This document shows positions 43,065-52,571 of a stretch of DNA of 64,000 nt, piece after piece. Where the stretch lies: assembly GCA_964291215.2 (NCBI GenBank), contig OZ219790.1, positions 1,568,001 to 1,632,000 of the forward strand. The letters run 5' to 3'. The DNA comes from Alphaproteobacteria bacterium. Lineage in GTDB: Bacteria > Pseudomonadota > Alphaproteobacteria > MPNO01 > UBA830. Position 1 is the stretch's first letter. The number at the start of each line of letters is the position of its first letter. Both the position numbers and the translations under genes were made by a program. The notes below the pieces were generated by a model, which made no database searches, was not told where the DNA came from, and saw only the letters and a program-made list of their open reading frames with translations.

Positions 43065-43641
43065 ATCGCCGCCACGCTGCTCCGGGCAAACCGGCTCTGG
43101 TTGGTCGACGAGCACCTGCTGGTGAAGGAGCCGGGAACCGATGTCCCGACGCACTGGCATCACGACCTCCCCTACTACGACATTTCCCGGGACGGCTTCG
43201 CGTCCCTCTGGATCCCGCTCGACATGGTCACCGCAACATCGGGTGCGATGAAATTCGTGAAGGGATCGCACCGGTGGAACAAGTTGTTCAGGCCGATAGG
43301 GATCGGCACCGGACTTGAGGCCGAGGGCGCCGACAGGTTCGACGGCCCGGCGCCGGAAATCGACGCCAGTCCCGGCGACTACGATGTCGAGATCTTCAAA
43401 ATGGACCGCGGCGACGCGCTGTTCTTCCAGACGGCGACGCTGCACGCCGCCAAGCCCAACCGGACCGCCGCCGCGCACTATCGCTGCGCTATGCCAGCGA
43501 GGCTGCGCGCTGGCAGCCTCGCACCTACGTTCCATCGCGGCCCGACAAGCCCGACCTTGTCCCCGGCTCCGTTCTCGGCGATAACCTCTATCCGGTGGTT
43601 TGGCCGCGCAGGAACGCGGCGCAGCCTGACGAGGTCTGACG

Positions 43642-44073
43642 ATGCAGGTTCACACGATACTCCGGGAAAAGGGTACCGACATCCACACCATCGGCCCCGG
43701 CGCCACCATCGCGGAGGCCGCGGTCCGCCTCAGGGATCTCGGGATCGGCGCCCTGATCGTGTCCGAGGACGGAGCCGCGATCACCGGCATCATCTCCGAG
43801 CGGGACATCGTCTATGGCCTCGCCGAGCACGGGGGCGGATTCCTCGACCTCGCGGTCAGGAACGCGATGACGGCCGATGTCGTCACCTGCTCCCCCGAAG
43901 ACACCGGGCGCGTCGTGCTCGGACGCATGACCGAGCACCGCATGCGCCATGTCCCCGTCGTCGAGGCCGGTCGGCTCGTCGGTCTGGTGAGCATCGGAGA
44001 CGTCGTGAAGAGCCGCCTCCAGGAAATCATGTCGGAGGCCAACGCCCTCAGGGACTATATCGCGGGCGCGTGA
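43642..44073 (+). CDS. CBS-domain protein
   Basis: IGALIV, GIISERDIV, RHVPVV, GLVSIGDVVK. Confidence 0.92.
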   Translation: MQVHTILREKGTDIHTIGPGATIAEAAVRLRDLGIGALIVSEDGAAITGIISERDIVYGLAEHGGGFLDLAVRNAMTADVVTCSPEDTGRVVLGRMTEHRMRHVPVVEAGRLVGLVSIGDVVKSRLQEIMSEANALRDYIAGA

Positions 44074-44077
44074 CGGA

Positions 44078-44266
44078 TCAGTCGCCGCCGCCGTCAGCCT
44101 CGAGATAGGCGTCGTCCTTGGTCCACCGGGTAGCCATCCCGCAGGCGTTGCACTCCGTCGTCGCGGCCTGAACGTCGACCCAGTCGAAGGTGAACCACTG
44201 TTCGAAGTTCAGGCCCGTATAGACCGGACGCTCGCACCCGGAGCAATTGATCAGGACACGCGGCAT
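44078..44266 (-). CDS. Small CxxC...CxxC (zinc-ribbon-like) hypothetical protein
   Basis: MPRVLINCSGC...ECNAC; RBS GGAAGG; 62 aa. Confidence 0.6.
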   Translation of the reverse strand: MPRVLINCSGCERPVYTGLNFEQWFTFDWVDVQAATTECNACGMATRWTKDDAYLEADGGGD

Positions 44267-44481
44267 GGGCTCGCCTTCCATCTCCCCGCAAACCGGACCC
44301 CGCGCCAGCCTCCGCATGGAGGCGGAGTACACGGTTCCACGCTGCCGCAGAGCATATGGGCTGCGGACGCGGAACTCAAGGCGGGTCCGGAATTGGTGGA
44401 GAGATCGGCAGCAATGGTCTAAAACACGCCGTCGCCGCCCCTCGCCGGGCGGCACGCGCTAGACGGAGCGGAGCGACGGGA

Positions 44482-45645
44482 ATGAAGGCAGGCAACAGCG
44501 TCCTTTCCGGTTTCGGGACGACGATATTCGAGGTCATGTCGCGGCTCGCGCAGGAGCACGATGCGGTCAATCTCGGCCAGGGATTTCCCGACGGCAACGG
44601 CCCCGAGGATGTTGTCGAGGCGGGCGCCGACTACCTCCGCAACGGCGTCAACCAGTATCCCTCGATGTTCGGCATCCCCGATCTGCGCCGCGCCGTAGCC
44701 GAGCATGCCCAGCGCTTTTACGGCATCGAGATCGACTGGCAGACGGAGGCCATGGTGACCTCGGGCGGCACCGAGGCGCTCGGATCAGCACTTCTCGGTC
44801 TGATCGAGCCGGGCGACGAGGTGATTCTCATCGAACCACTCTATGACAGCTACCTGCCGATCGTCGAACGCGGCGGCGGCATCGCTAAGTTCGTGCGCCT
44901 CGAACCACCGGGCTGGGAACTGCCGCGCGAACAGCTCGCGGCGGCGTTCTCCGACCGTACCAAGCTGATCCTGGTCAACACCCCGATGAATCCGTGTGCC
45001 AAGGTCTTCAGCCGCGACGAGCTCGAGTTCATCGCAAGCCTGTGCATCAGACATGACTGTTTCGCCGTGTGCGACGAGGTTTACGAACATCTCGTCTTTG
45101 ACAATGCCCCGCATGTCCCGCTGATCACCCTTCCGGGCATGCGCGAACGCACGGTGCGCATCCAGTCGGCCGGCAAGATCTTCTCGCTCACGGGCTGGAA
45201 AATCGGTATGATCACCGCGGCGCCGGCGGTGCTGACCCCGATCGCCAAGGCCCACCAGTACCTGACCTTCACGACGCCGCCGAACCTCCAGGCCGCCGTT
45301 GCCTACGGGCTTGGCAAGGACAACGCGTATTTCGAGGGACTGCGCCGCGACATGCAGTCGCGCCGCGACCATCTTGCGTCGGGGCTCGCCGCAGTCGGGT
45401 TCGAGATCATTCCGTGCCAGGGGACGTATTTCATCACCACGGATTTTCGGCCGCTGGGCTACAACGGCTCAGACGCCGAATTCTGCAAACACCTCACCAC
45501 GGAGGCCGGCGTCGCCGCCGTGCCGGTCAGCGCGTTCTACACCGCCGACGACGTCAGACACTTCGCGCGCTTTTCGTTCTGCAAGAAGGCCGAGACCATC
45601 GACGAGGCAATCCGTCGCCTCAAGCACCATTTCGGCCGCGCGTAG
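44482..45645 (+). CDS. Class I/II PLP aminotransferase (YbdL-like)
   Basis: TTIFEVMS, NLGQGFPD, NTPMNP, DEVYEH, SAGKIFSLTGWKIG. Confidence 0.92.
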   Translation: MKAGNSVLSGFGTTIFEVMSRLAQEHDAVNLGQGFPDGNGPEDVVEAGADYLRNGVNQYPSMFGIPDLRRAVAEHAQRFYGIEIDWQTEAMVTSGGTEALGSALLGLIEPGDEVILIEPLYDSYLPIVERGGGIAKFVRLEPPGWELPREQLAAAFSDRTKLILVNTPMNPCAKVFSRDELEFIASLCIRHDCFAVCDEVYEHLVFDNAPHVPLITLPGMRERTVRIQSAGKIFSLTGWKIGMITAAPAVLTPIAKAHQYLTFTTPPNLQAAVAYGLGKDNAYFEGLRRDMQSRRDHLASGLAAVGFEIIPCQGTYFITTDFRPLGYNGSDAEFCKHLTTEAGVAAVPVSAFYTADDVRHFARFSFCKKAETIDEAIRRLKHHFGRA

Positions 45646-45729
45646 ACCGGCGCCCTCTGCGGCGGCGATGCCGGCATCGCCTTGACCCCGGGGCGGGAAT
45701 TCCCTACATAACCGCGTTCTGACATTCGC

Positions 45730-45807
45730 GGTGGCTATAGCTCAGTTGGTTAGAGCGCCTGGTTGTGGTCCAGGAGGTCGTGGGTTCGAATCCCATTAGC
45801 CACCCCA
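45730..45807 (+). tRNA. tRNA-His (GTG) with G-1 and C73
   Basis: g-gtggctatagctcagttggttagagc, anticodon arm cctggttGTGgtccagg, gttcgaatccc, tagccac-c-cca. Confidence 0.97.
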
Positions 45808-45864
45808 GCCCCCCTGCTCTCCGCGGGTTCCCTCGCGACCCAGCCCGGCGTCATCCGACCTCGC

Positions 45865-46536
45865 CTCACCTCAATCCCAGCGCCAAGAGCAGGCATCGAC
45901 CTGCCCGAACGCGCCCTGTTGCCATTGGTCAGCGGTGCGCTCTTCGAGGATTTCGGGCCGATCGACGAACTGTCGTACGCTGGTCGGACCGAAATCATCC
46001 AGACGGCGAAATTTCTCCGCAATTTGGAGATAGCCGGTCCTCGCCGTATTGAACGCGAGGAGTGGTTCCGCTGCCGCGACGAGGGCATCGACGCCGCCCG
46101 GGAAGTTGCGGATGCTGAAGTAGATGTCGTAGGCGTCCTTCTGCTTGCGGCGGTTGGCGATGGCATAGCCCGTCATGGCTAGCAGCGCGGGAATGGACGC
46201 GACGGCGATGTGCACGCGGTTTGCGCCGCCGTCGGGCATGTCGCGATCGATGGCAACGAGCTGGTAGAACCGCAAGGTGAAATCCACGCCATCGGCGCGC
46301 TGAACCGCGAAGTCCGCCACGAGCGGAGGCGCGTTCTTCGCGATCTTGGCGTCGCGCGGCATCAGGAAGTCGACGATGATGTCGATGTCGGCTCCGCCAT
46401 CGCAGGCGGGCACGGTACGCACGATTTGGAAGCGGGGCCGATTCTCGGACTGGTGGTAGCGCTGCCTCGAGGGGGACTCGACAAGCCGGGCGTATTCGCC
46501 GTCACCCAAGGCTTCGGCATCGAGACTGAGATCCAC
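45865..46536 (-). pseudogene. Nucleotidyltransferase (AbiEii-like) remnant, 5'-truncated
   Basis: VDLSLD, IIVDFLMP, ALLAMTGYA...KQKDAYDIYF; cut by an IS end; frameshift at the 3' end. Confidence 0.6.
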
Positions 46537-46553
46537 GCCCAAGGTTCCAACAT

Positions 46554-47000
46554 CAGATGTCCTGACCTCGGGTCCGATTTTTCCAATCAGAGTGATGCTT
46601 CCGGGCCGGGTTTGCGTGCGTTGTCTGGCAGTTCGTAGATCATGCGGAGGCCGGTTCCGGGGAAGACCGTGCGCATCCGGTTGAGTTCGTCGAGCAGTCC
46701 GGCGATGTCAGCGTCGCGCGCGTTGCTGGCGGTGCCGAGGATGCGCACCCGCAGGACGCCGTTCTCCGGGTCGGGGATGATGTCGACGTCCGACTGGAAC
46801 AGTTCGGCGAGAGGGCGTCGCGAACGCTGCTTTGCGCCCTGCGCCGCGGCGACGGCGGACATCATCCGGGTCTCGGCGCGGTAGGCGATCATGCGAACGA
46901 TGTCGAGCAGCAGCCTCTCGCTAGAGGGCAGGGCGTCGAGCCTCTCGTCGAGCTCGGCCACCGTGACATGCTTCGGGGTTTCTGAACGCCGGACCTTGAC
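46554..47000 (-). mobile_element. Right-end fragment of the CAGA-ended element
   Basis: cagatgtcctgacctc at 46554; homologous to 15313-15960 but without the 183-bp MITE. Confidence 0.85.
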
Positions 47001-47814
47001 CCAAGTTGGCACTTTTTGCGACCTGGAATTTTTATCACGTACCCCGTTCCATAGTGAAGTGCAACACATGATGGGCTGTGACCATGTGTTTTAAGACGCA
47101 TGATGTTGCGGAGCGGTAGCGGCGAGAGTTCCTGTACAAGATGAAGGGAGCTTGTTCATGTCCAAAGGCTACCGTCACCTACGAAGAGCGATGCCAGATT
47201 GAGGCGTTACAGAAAAGCGGTCTTTCACAAGGTGCGCTTGCTCGGCAGCTGGGCCGATCAACAATTTTTCGGGAGATCAAGCGTAACACCGGGGGACGGG
47301 GTTACCGTCACAAGCAGGCGCAAAGGATGGCAGAAACGCAGGGCAGCCTCGTCTGTTTCCTGGCGGTTGACGCCTCGAGTTGAAGCTCAGAAAAAGCTGC
47401 GGGAGGGCCCCGAGCAGCGGCCGTTTTCGACTGGAAGGCCGTGAACGGATCCATGATCGCCGAAGATCGGAGAGCCGGGGGTGTCTTGTGGAAGAAGCTT
47501 CGGCGGCGCGGCAAGAAGCCGAACTGGAAGGGCGGATACCATTCCGGCCGGGTCCTGTGGACATTTCCGAGCGCCCTGCGGAGGCAAAGGAACGGGTCGG
47601 CGACTGGGAGCCATCATCGGCGAAGCTCACAGTGGAGCTGTCGTGTCGCTCGTACCACGAAATACACCTTGCTGGGTGGACAGAAAGACACGGTCGGTTC
47701 GGTCATGATCCGCCTGCTCGGCTCTGGTGCGCTATTGGTCCACACAATCACGTCAGACAACGGAGTTCGCAGACCACAGGCGTGTCGCACTTGACGCAGA
47801 TTTCTTCTTCGCTT

Positions 47815-49374
47815 GTAACTGCTCACCCCCCTGGTTCCGGCTTGATGTCGGGGTAGAGCAACGAACGGGTTTTCGTGGAGATTTGACACTGCAGGCCGAT
47901 TCGCTTAGTGGTGGTCATCGAGAACGACGGGGACCGCCAGTGGGCTACTTTGGATCGAAGGCGACGAGCGGGCTGTGCCAGCTGCTTCCGGGGCTCCAGC
48001 CCCCGCATGATCTGTATGTGGAAACGCATCTCGGAAGCGGCGCGTTGATGAAGCGCAAGGCCGGGTGATGGCGACGGGCGGCGCGCGAGGAGTTCGAAGC
48101 GGCCAAGACCGCGGCGCTGCGTGCGGCCGGCAAGGTGCCGAAAGATGTCGATGCCGTGATCCGCGTCTTCGTCATCCTGCTCGATATCCTCATCGTCGTC
48201 CTTCTGGAGAAGACCACGCACGAGCCGGAACTCCGGTCTGCTGCCGTCACAGACGGACAAGAGCGTGCCGGGAGCAACGGCAAGGGCCCGAAGCCGAACC
48301 GGCGGATGGGCGACAACCTGCGCAAGACCATCGTCGAGGAGACGGTCGCGGCCTGCGACGCCTGCGGCGCTGGCATCGACGGCCCCATCGATCGGGAGCG
48401 CCGCACGACATCGTGTTCGAGGTCGTCGAGCGCCGCGCCGAGATCAAGGAATGCCCGAAGTGCAAGGGCCGGTTCCCCGAAAACATCCCGTGCAGTACGG
48501 CATCGGCATCCAGGCCCTCGTTATCAACCTGCTGGTCGCCCAGATGCTGTCCCTGCGCCGTGCCGTCGCGCTCATGCAGGCGATCTCCGGCATCAAGCTC
48601 TCCGAGGCAACCTGCCTCGGCTATGCTTTCACGATGTGTCATGGAAGGAGGCCGCCGTGGCGCACTTCCTGCAACGCCCGATGTCGACGATTTCGGATCA
48701 ACGGCAAGTGGCTCCATGTCGTCACCGACGGAACCCTGACGTGTAAGTTCCCGCACCGCAAGCGCGGCCGGGAGGCAAGAGATCGGCCCGTGCTACAAGG
48801 GCGTTCTGACTGCTGGGCCTCGTACATGGGCTATGACCAGTGTAGCCACCAGCTGTGCGGTAGCCACCTGCTGCGCGAACTGACCTTTGTCGTCGAGGCT
48901 ACCGCGCGACTGATGAAGAGCCTGCTCCGCGAGATCTGCCACAAGGTCAACAAGAGCGCATCCAAAACCCTGAACGAGGCCGACCTCCGGGCCGTGCGCA
49001 AGCGCTACCGTACCATCAGGGTGCCAGGGAACTGCCCGACATCCCGCCGAAAGGAAAACGTGGACGCAAGTCCGACGCGCACAACCTGCACGAACGTCTC
49101 GTGAAACACGAAAACCTGCGCTTCACAGACGACCCCGATGTCAGCTTCACCAACAATGCCGGAGAACAGAAGATCAGGATGGCAAAGCTCAAGGTGTCCG
49201 GATGCTTCCGCTCCACGCGAAAGCATGGTGCCGGGGCTCAAGCTACCTCACCTCCATGGCGGCACTCGGCTACAACCCACTCGTCGCCACCCAGATCGCC
49301 CTCGACGGAAAAGCCGCAGACATCATCAACGAGCACTACGACCAATCAGAACCCAATTAGGGGTGAGTAGATAC
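47815..49374 (+). mobile_element. IS66-family type B, copy B
   Basis: Ends gtaactgctcacccc / ggggtgagtagatac; perfect 8-bp TSD cttcgctt. Confidence 0.93.
47940..48068 (+). pseudogene. DNA adenine methyltransferase N-terminal fragment inside IS66 type B (also 27797-27925 and 51118-51246, minus strand)
   Basis: VGYFGSKATSGLCQ...PPHDLYVETHLG(G/S)GALMKRK resembles D12/Dam motifs X and I. Confidence 0.6.
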
Positions 49375-49871
49375 CTTCGCTTTTCCATTCCCGGGAACGC
49401 GGCTTGAATGAGCACACCAACGGCCTGGTGCGGGAGTACTTCCCGAAGGGCACGGACTTTCGCGCGACATGCAACGAAGATGTTCAGAAGGTGCAGGATC
49501 GGCTCAACACTCGGAAAGTCATGGGATCGCCGACGGAGGTAATCTTGAAGTGAAACCGCCCTGACCATCTGCGTTCCGCAGCCGCAACGTGCAGCAGGGT
49601 CCATGCCGCGCGACGGCGAAATAGTGGCTTGAAGCCGACAAAGGCGTTGCATAAGCTCGATGTTGAAGGAACTGAAGCTGTTCCCAGGCGGAATCGAGAG
49701 GGGCAGAGGGGAAAAATTTGCACAACATCCGGCCCTCATCTCCGTTCGGGCTACGCCCTCACTGCGATGAGGGCCGGATGTTGCACTTCAGACTGGAAGT
49801 GGGGATTTAAAAATCTCCTCGCACCAACCCGCGCCCCCGCAACACCCAGATGCTGTCTTGAAAAACCAAAC

Positions 49872-51370
49872 GTATCTACTCACCCCTAGTTGGGTTCTGA
49901 TTGGCCATAGTGCTCGTTGATGATGTCTGCGGCTTTTCCGTCGAGGGCGATCTGGGTGGCGACGAGTGGGTTGTAGCCGAGTGCCGCCATGGAGGTGAGG
50001 TAGCTTGGCACCATGCTTTTGCGTGGAGCGGAAGCATCCGGACACCTTGAGCTTGACCTTTGCCATCCTGATCTTCTGTTCTCCAGCATTGTTGGTGAAG
50101 CTGACGTCGGGGTTGTCTATGAAGCGCAGGTTTTCGTGTTTCACGAGACGTTCGTGCAGGTTGTGCGCGTCGGACTTGCGTCCATGTTTTCCTTTCGTCG
50201 GGATATCGGGCAGTTCCCTGGCGCCCTGATGGTGCGGTAGCGCTTGCGCCCGGCGTCGTTCAGGGTCTTGGATGCGCTCTTGTTGACCTTGTGGCAGGGA
50301 GCAGGCTCTTCATAAGTCGCGCGGTAGCCTCGACGACAAAGGTCAGTTCGCGCAGCAGGTGGCTACCGCACAGCTGGTGGCTACACTGGCCCATGTACGA
50401 GGCCCAGGACGCCCTTGTAGCACGGGCCGATCTCTTGCCCGCGCTTGCGGTGCGGGAACTTGCACGTCAGGGTCCCACGACATGAAGCCACTTGCTGTTG
50501 ATCCGGTCTCGTCGACATCGGGCGTTGCAGGAGGTGCGCCACGGCGGCCTCCTCCCATGACGCATCGTGAAAGCATAGCCGAGGCCTCGGAGAGCTTGAT
50601 GCCGGAGATCGCCTGCACGAGCGCGACGGCGCAGGGACAGCATCTGGGCGACCAGCAGGTTGATGACGAGGGCCTGAATGCCGTACTGCACGGGATGTTG
50701 TCGGGGAACCGGCCCTTGGTCCGGGCCTTGCACTTCGGGCATTCCTTGATCTCGGCGCGGCGCTCGACAACCTCGAACACGATGTCATAGAGGACGCGGC
50801 GCTCCTGATCGACGGGGCCGTCGATGTCGGCGCCGCAGGCGTCGCAGGCCGCGACCGTTTCCTCGACGATGGTCTTGCGCAGGTTGTCGCCCATCTGCCG
50901 GTTCGGCTTCGGGCCCTTGCCGTTGCTTCCGGCACGCTCTTGTCCGTCTGTGACGGCGGCAGACCGGAGTTCCGGCTCGTGCGTGGTCTTCTCCAGAAGG
51001 ACGACGATGAGGATGTCGAGCAGGAGGACGCGGATCACGGCCTCTTCCGCCACCTTGCCGGCAGCGCCGCGGTCTTGGCCGCTTCGAACTCCTCGCGCGC
51101 CGCGTTGACCGTCGCCATCACCCGGCCTTGCGCTTCATCAGCGCGCCGCCTCCGAGATGCGTTTCCACATACAGATCATGCGGGGGCTGGAGCCCCGGAA
51201 GCAGCTGGCACAGCCCGCTCGTCGCCTTCGATCCAAAGTAGCCCACTGGCGGTCCCCGTCGTTCTCGATGACCACCACTAAGCGAATCGGCATGCAGTGT
51301 CAAATCTCCACGAAAACCCGTTCGTTGCTCTACCCCGACATCAAGCCGAAACCAGGGGGTGAGCAGTTAC
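49872..51370 (-). mobile_element. IS66-family type B, copy C
   Basis: Same ends; perfect 8-bp TSD aaccaaac. Confidence 0.93.
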
Positions 51371-51423
51371 AACCAAACAAAATTTAGCGTGAGATCGTTC
51401 TGTCGTCCGCCAGCGACCGCATG

Positions 51424-51617
51424 CACGACGATCCCATGCTAATTCGGAGACGCGAAATCCGAATGCGTTGGGGCTCGGCTCATCACAGATCGCCTTCTTG
51501 ATCGCAATTTTCGTGCCAAAAAGGCCCCATCAAGCCTTGGCGGCACGATTGCAGCGCGACGCAAACTGAAAAAAATCTCGCCAGTCGTCGCCGGATTAGC
51601 AGCGTGGGATCACCGTG
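51424..51617. mobile_element. 194-bp MITE, copy 2
   Basis: Ends cacgacgatccc / gggatcaccgtg; perfect 9-bp TSD gaccgcatg. Confidence 0.9.
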
Positions 51618-51682
51618 GACCGCATGACACCGCGCTGCCGCAACGCTATGATTCAGGCGTAACGACAAACAGGGCCTGTTCC

Positions 51683-52546
51683 ATGAGTCCAGTTGTTTTC
51701 TGCGCATTCGACGACACGACCGGGACCGCATGCTACGTGGTCAGCGACCCCGCAACCGCCCGTGCCGCGATCATCGACGCGGTCCTCGACTTCGATCCGG
51801 TTTCGGGACGTACCGGAAACGTCACCGTCGAACGTTTGCTCGCCCATGTCAGCCACCGTGGCCTGACGGTCGAATGGGTCCTCGACACCCACCTTCATGC
51901 CGACCACCTTTCCGCCGCCGCGCTCCTGGGAGAAAGGTGCGGTTCAAGAACCGGAATGGGCCGCGGCCTGATCGAGGTCCGACAGAACCTCGCGCCGATG
52001 TTCGGTATCGCCGACGAAGCGGCGGACGATTCCCCGACCTGCGACGAGCTGTTCGAGGACGGCAGCACGTTTATGATCGGCACACTCGAATGCCAGGTGC
52101 TGACTACGCCGGGCCACACGCCCTCCTGCGTTACCTATGTCGTCGGCGATGCATGTTTTGTCGGCGATGTCCTGCTGATGCCGGATTCGGGCACTGCACG
52201 CTGCGACTTTCCCGGTGGCAGCGCCACGCAGCTTTTTGCCTCCGTGCAGAAGATCTTCGAGCTTCCGGACGCGACGCGCATGTTCGTCGGCCATGACTAC
52301 GGCGCGAACGGTCGTCGCGACATCGCTTGGGAGACGAGCGTCGGCGAGCAGCGCGACAGCAACATCCATGTCAGCGGCGGCACCCTCGAACACGACTTCA
52401 TCGAGATGCGGCGCGCGCGGGACGAGACCCTGGGCCTTCCGCGTCTCTTCTTCCCGGCCATCCAGGTCAACATGCGGGCCGGGAATCTGCCGCCGCCTGA
52501 TTCCGGCGGCGTAGCCCACATCCGCATTCCGCTCAACCGCATATGA
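51683..52546 (+). CDS. MBL-fold persulfide dioxygenase (Blh/ETHE1-like)
   Basis: DTHLHADHLS, TPGHT, GTARCDFPGG, VGHDY, QVNMRAG. Confidence 0.88.
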   Translation: MSPVVFCAFDDTTGTACYVVSDPATARAAIIDAVLDFDPVSGRTGNVTVERLLAHVSHRGLTVEWVLDTHLHADHLSAAALLGERCGSRTGMGRGLIEVRQNLAPMFGIADEAADDSPTCDELFEDGSTFMIGTLECQVLTTPGHTPSCVTYVVGDACFVGDVLLMPDSGTARCDFPGGSATQLFASVQKIFELPDATRMFVGHDYGANGRRDIAWETSVGEQRDSNIHVSGGTLEHDFIEMRRARDETLGLPRLFFPAIQVNMRAGNLPPPDSGGVAHIRIPLNRI

Positions 52547-52571
52547 TCCGCCCGATCGAGGACAAGCCACC

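Larger units (their letters stand above)
41577..43639 (+). pseudogene. Phytanoyl-CoA dioxygenase (PhyH) family gene split by IS256
   Basis: N-terminus FERDGVALVR (41577-41840); resumes at 43065 with LLVKEPG, WHHDLPYY, LWIPLD, GSHRW; further frameshift near 43465. Confidence 0.85.
47042..49804 (+). mobile_element. IS30-family element, degraded, interrupted by IS66 type B
   Basis: TIR ttccatagtgaagtgcaaca / tgttgcacttcagactggaa; TYEERCQI, STIFREIKRN, ISERP..RVGDWE, TITSDNG, NEHTNGLVREYFPKGTDF; 18-bp stem at 49723-49783. Confidence 0.88.

Noticed and set aside
41830-43075. IS256 acting as an intron in the PhyH gene
   Set aside because: No ribozyme features, and the gene has an independent downstream frameshift
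42534-44108. 524-aa ORF as a novel transposase-dioxygenase fusion
   Set aside because: Chance read-through from frameshifted IS256 into the PhyH remnant and then off-frame over the CBS gene
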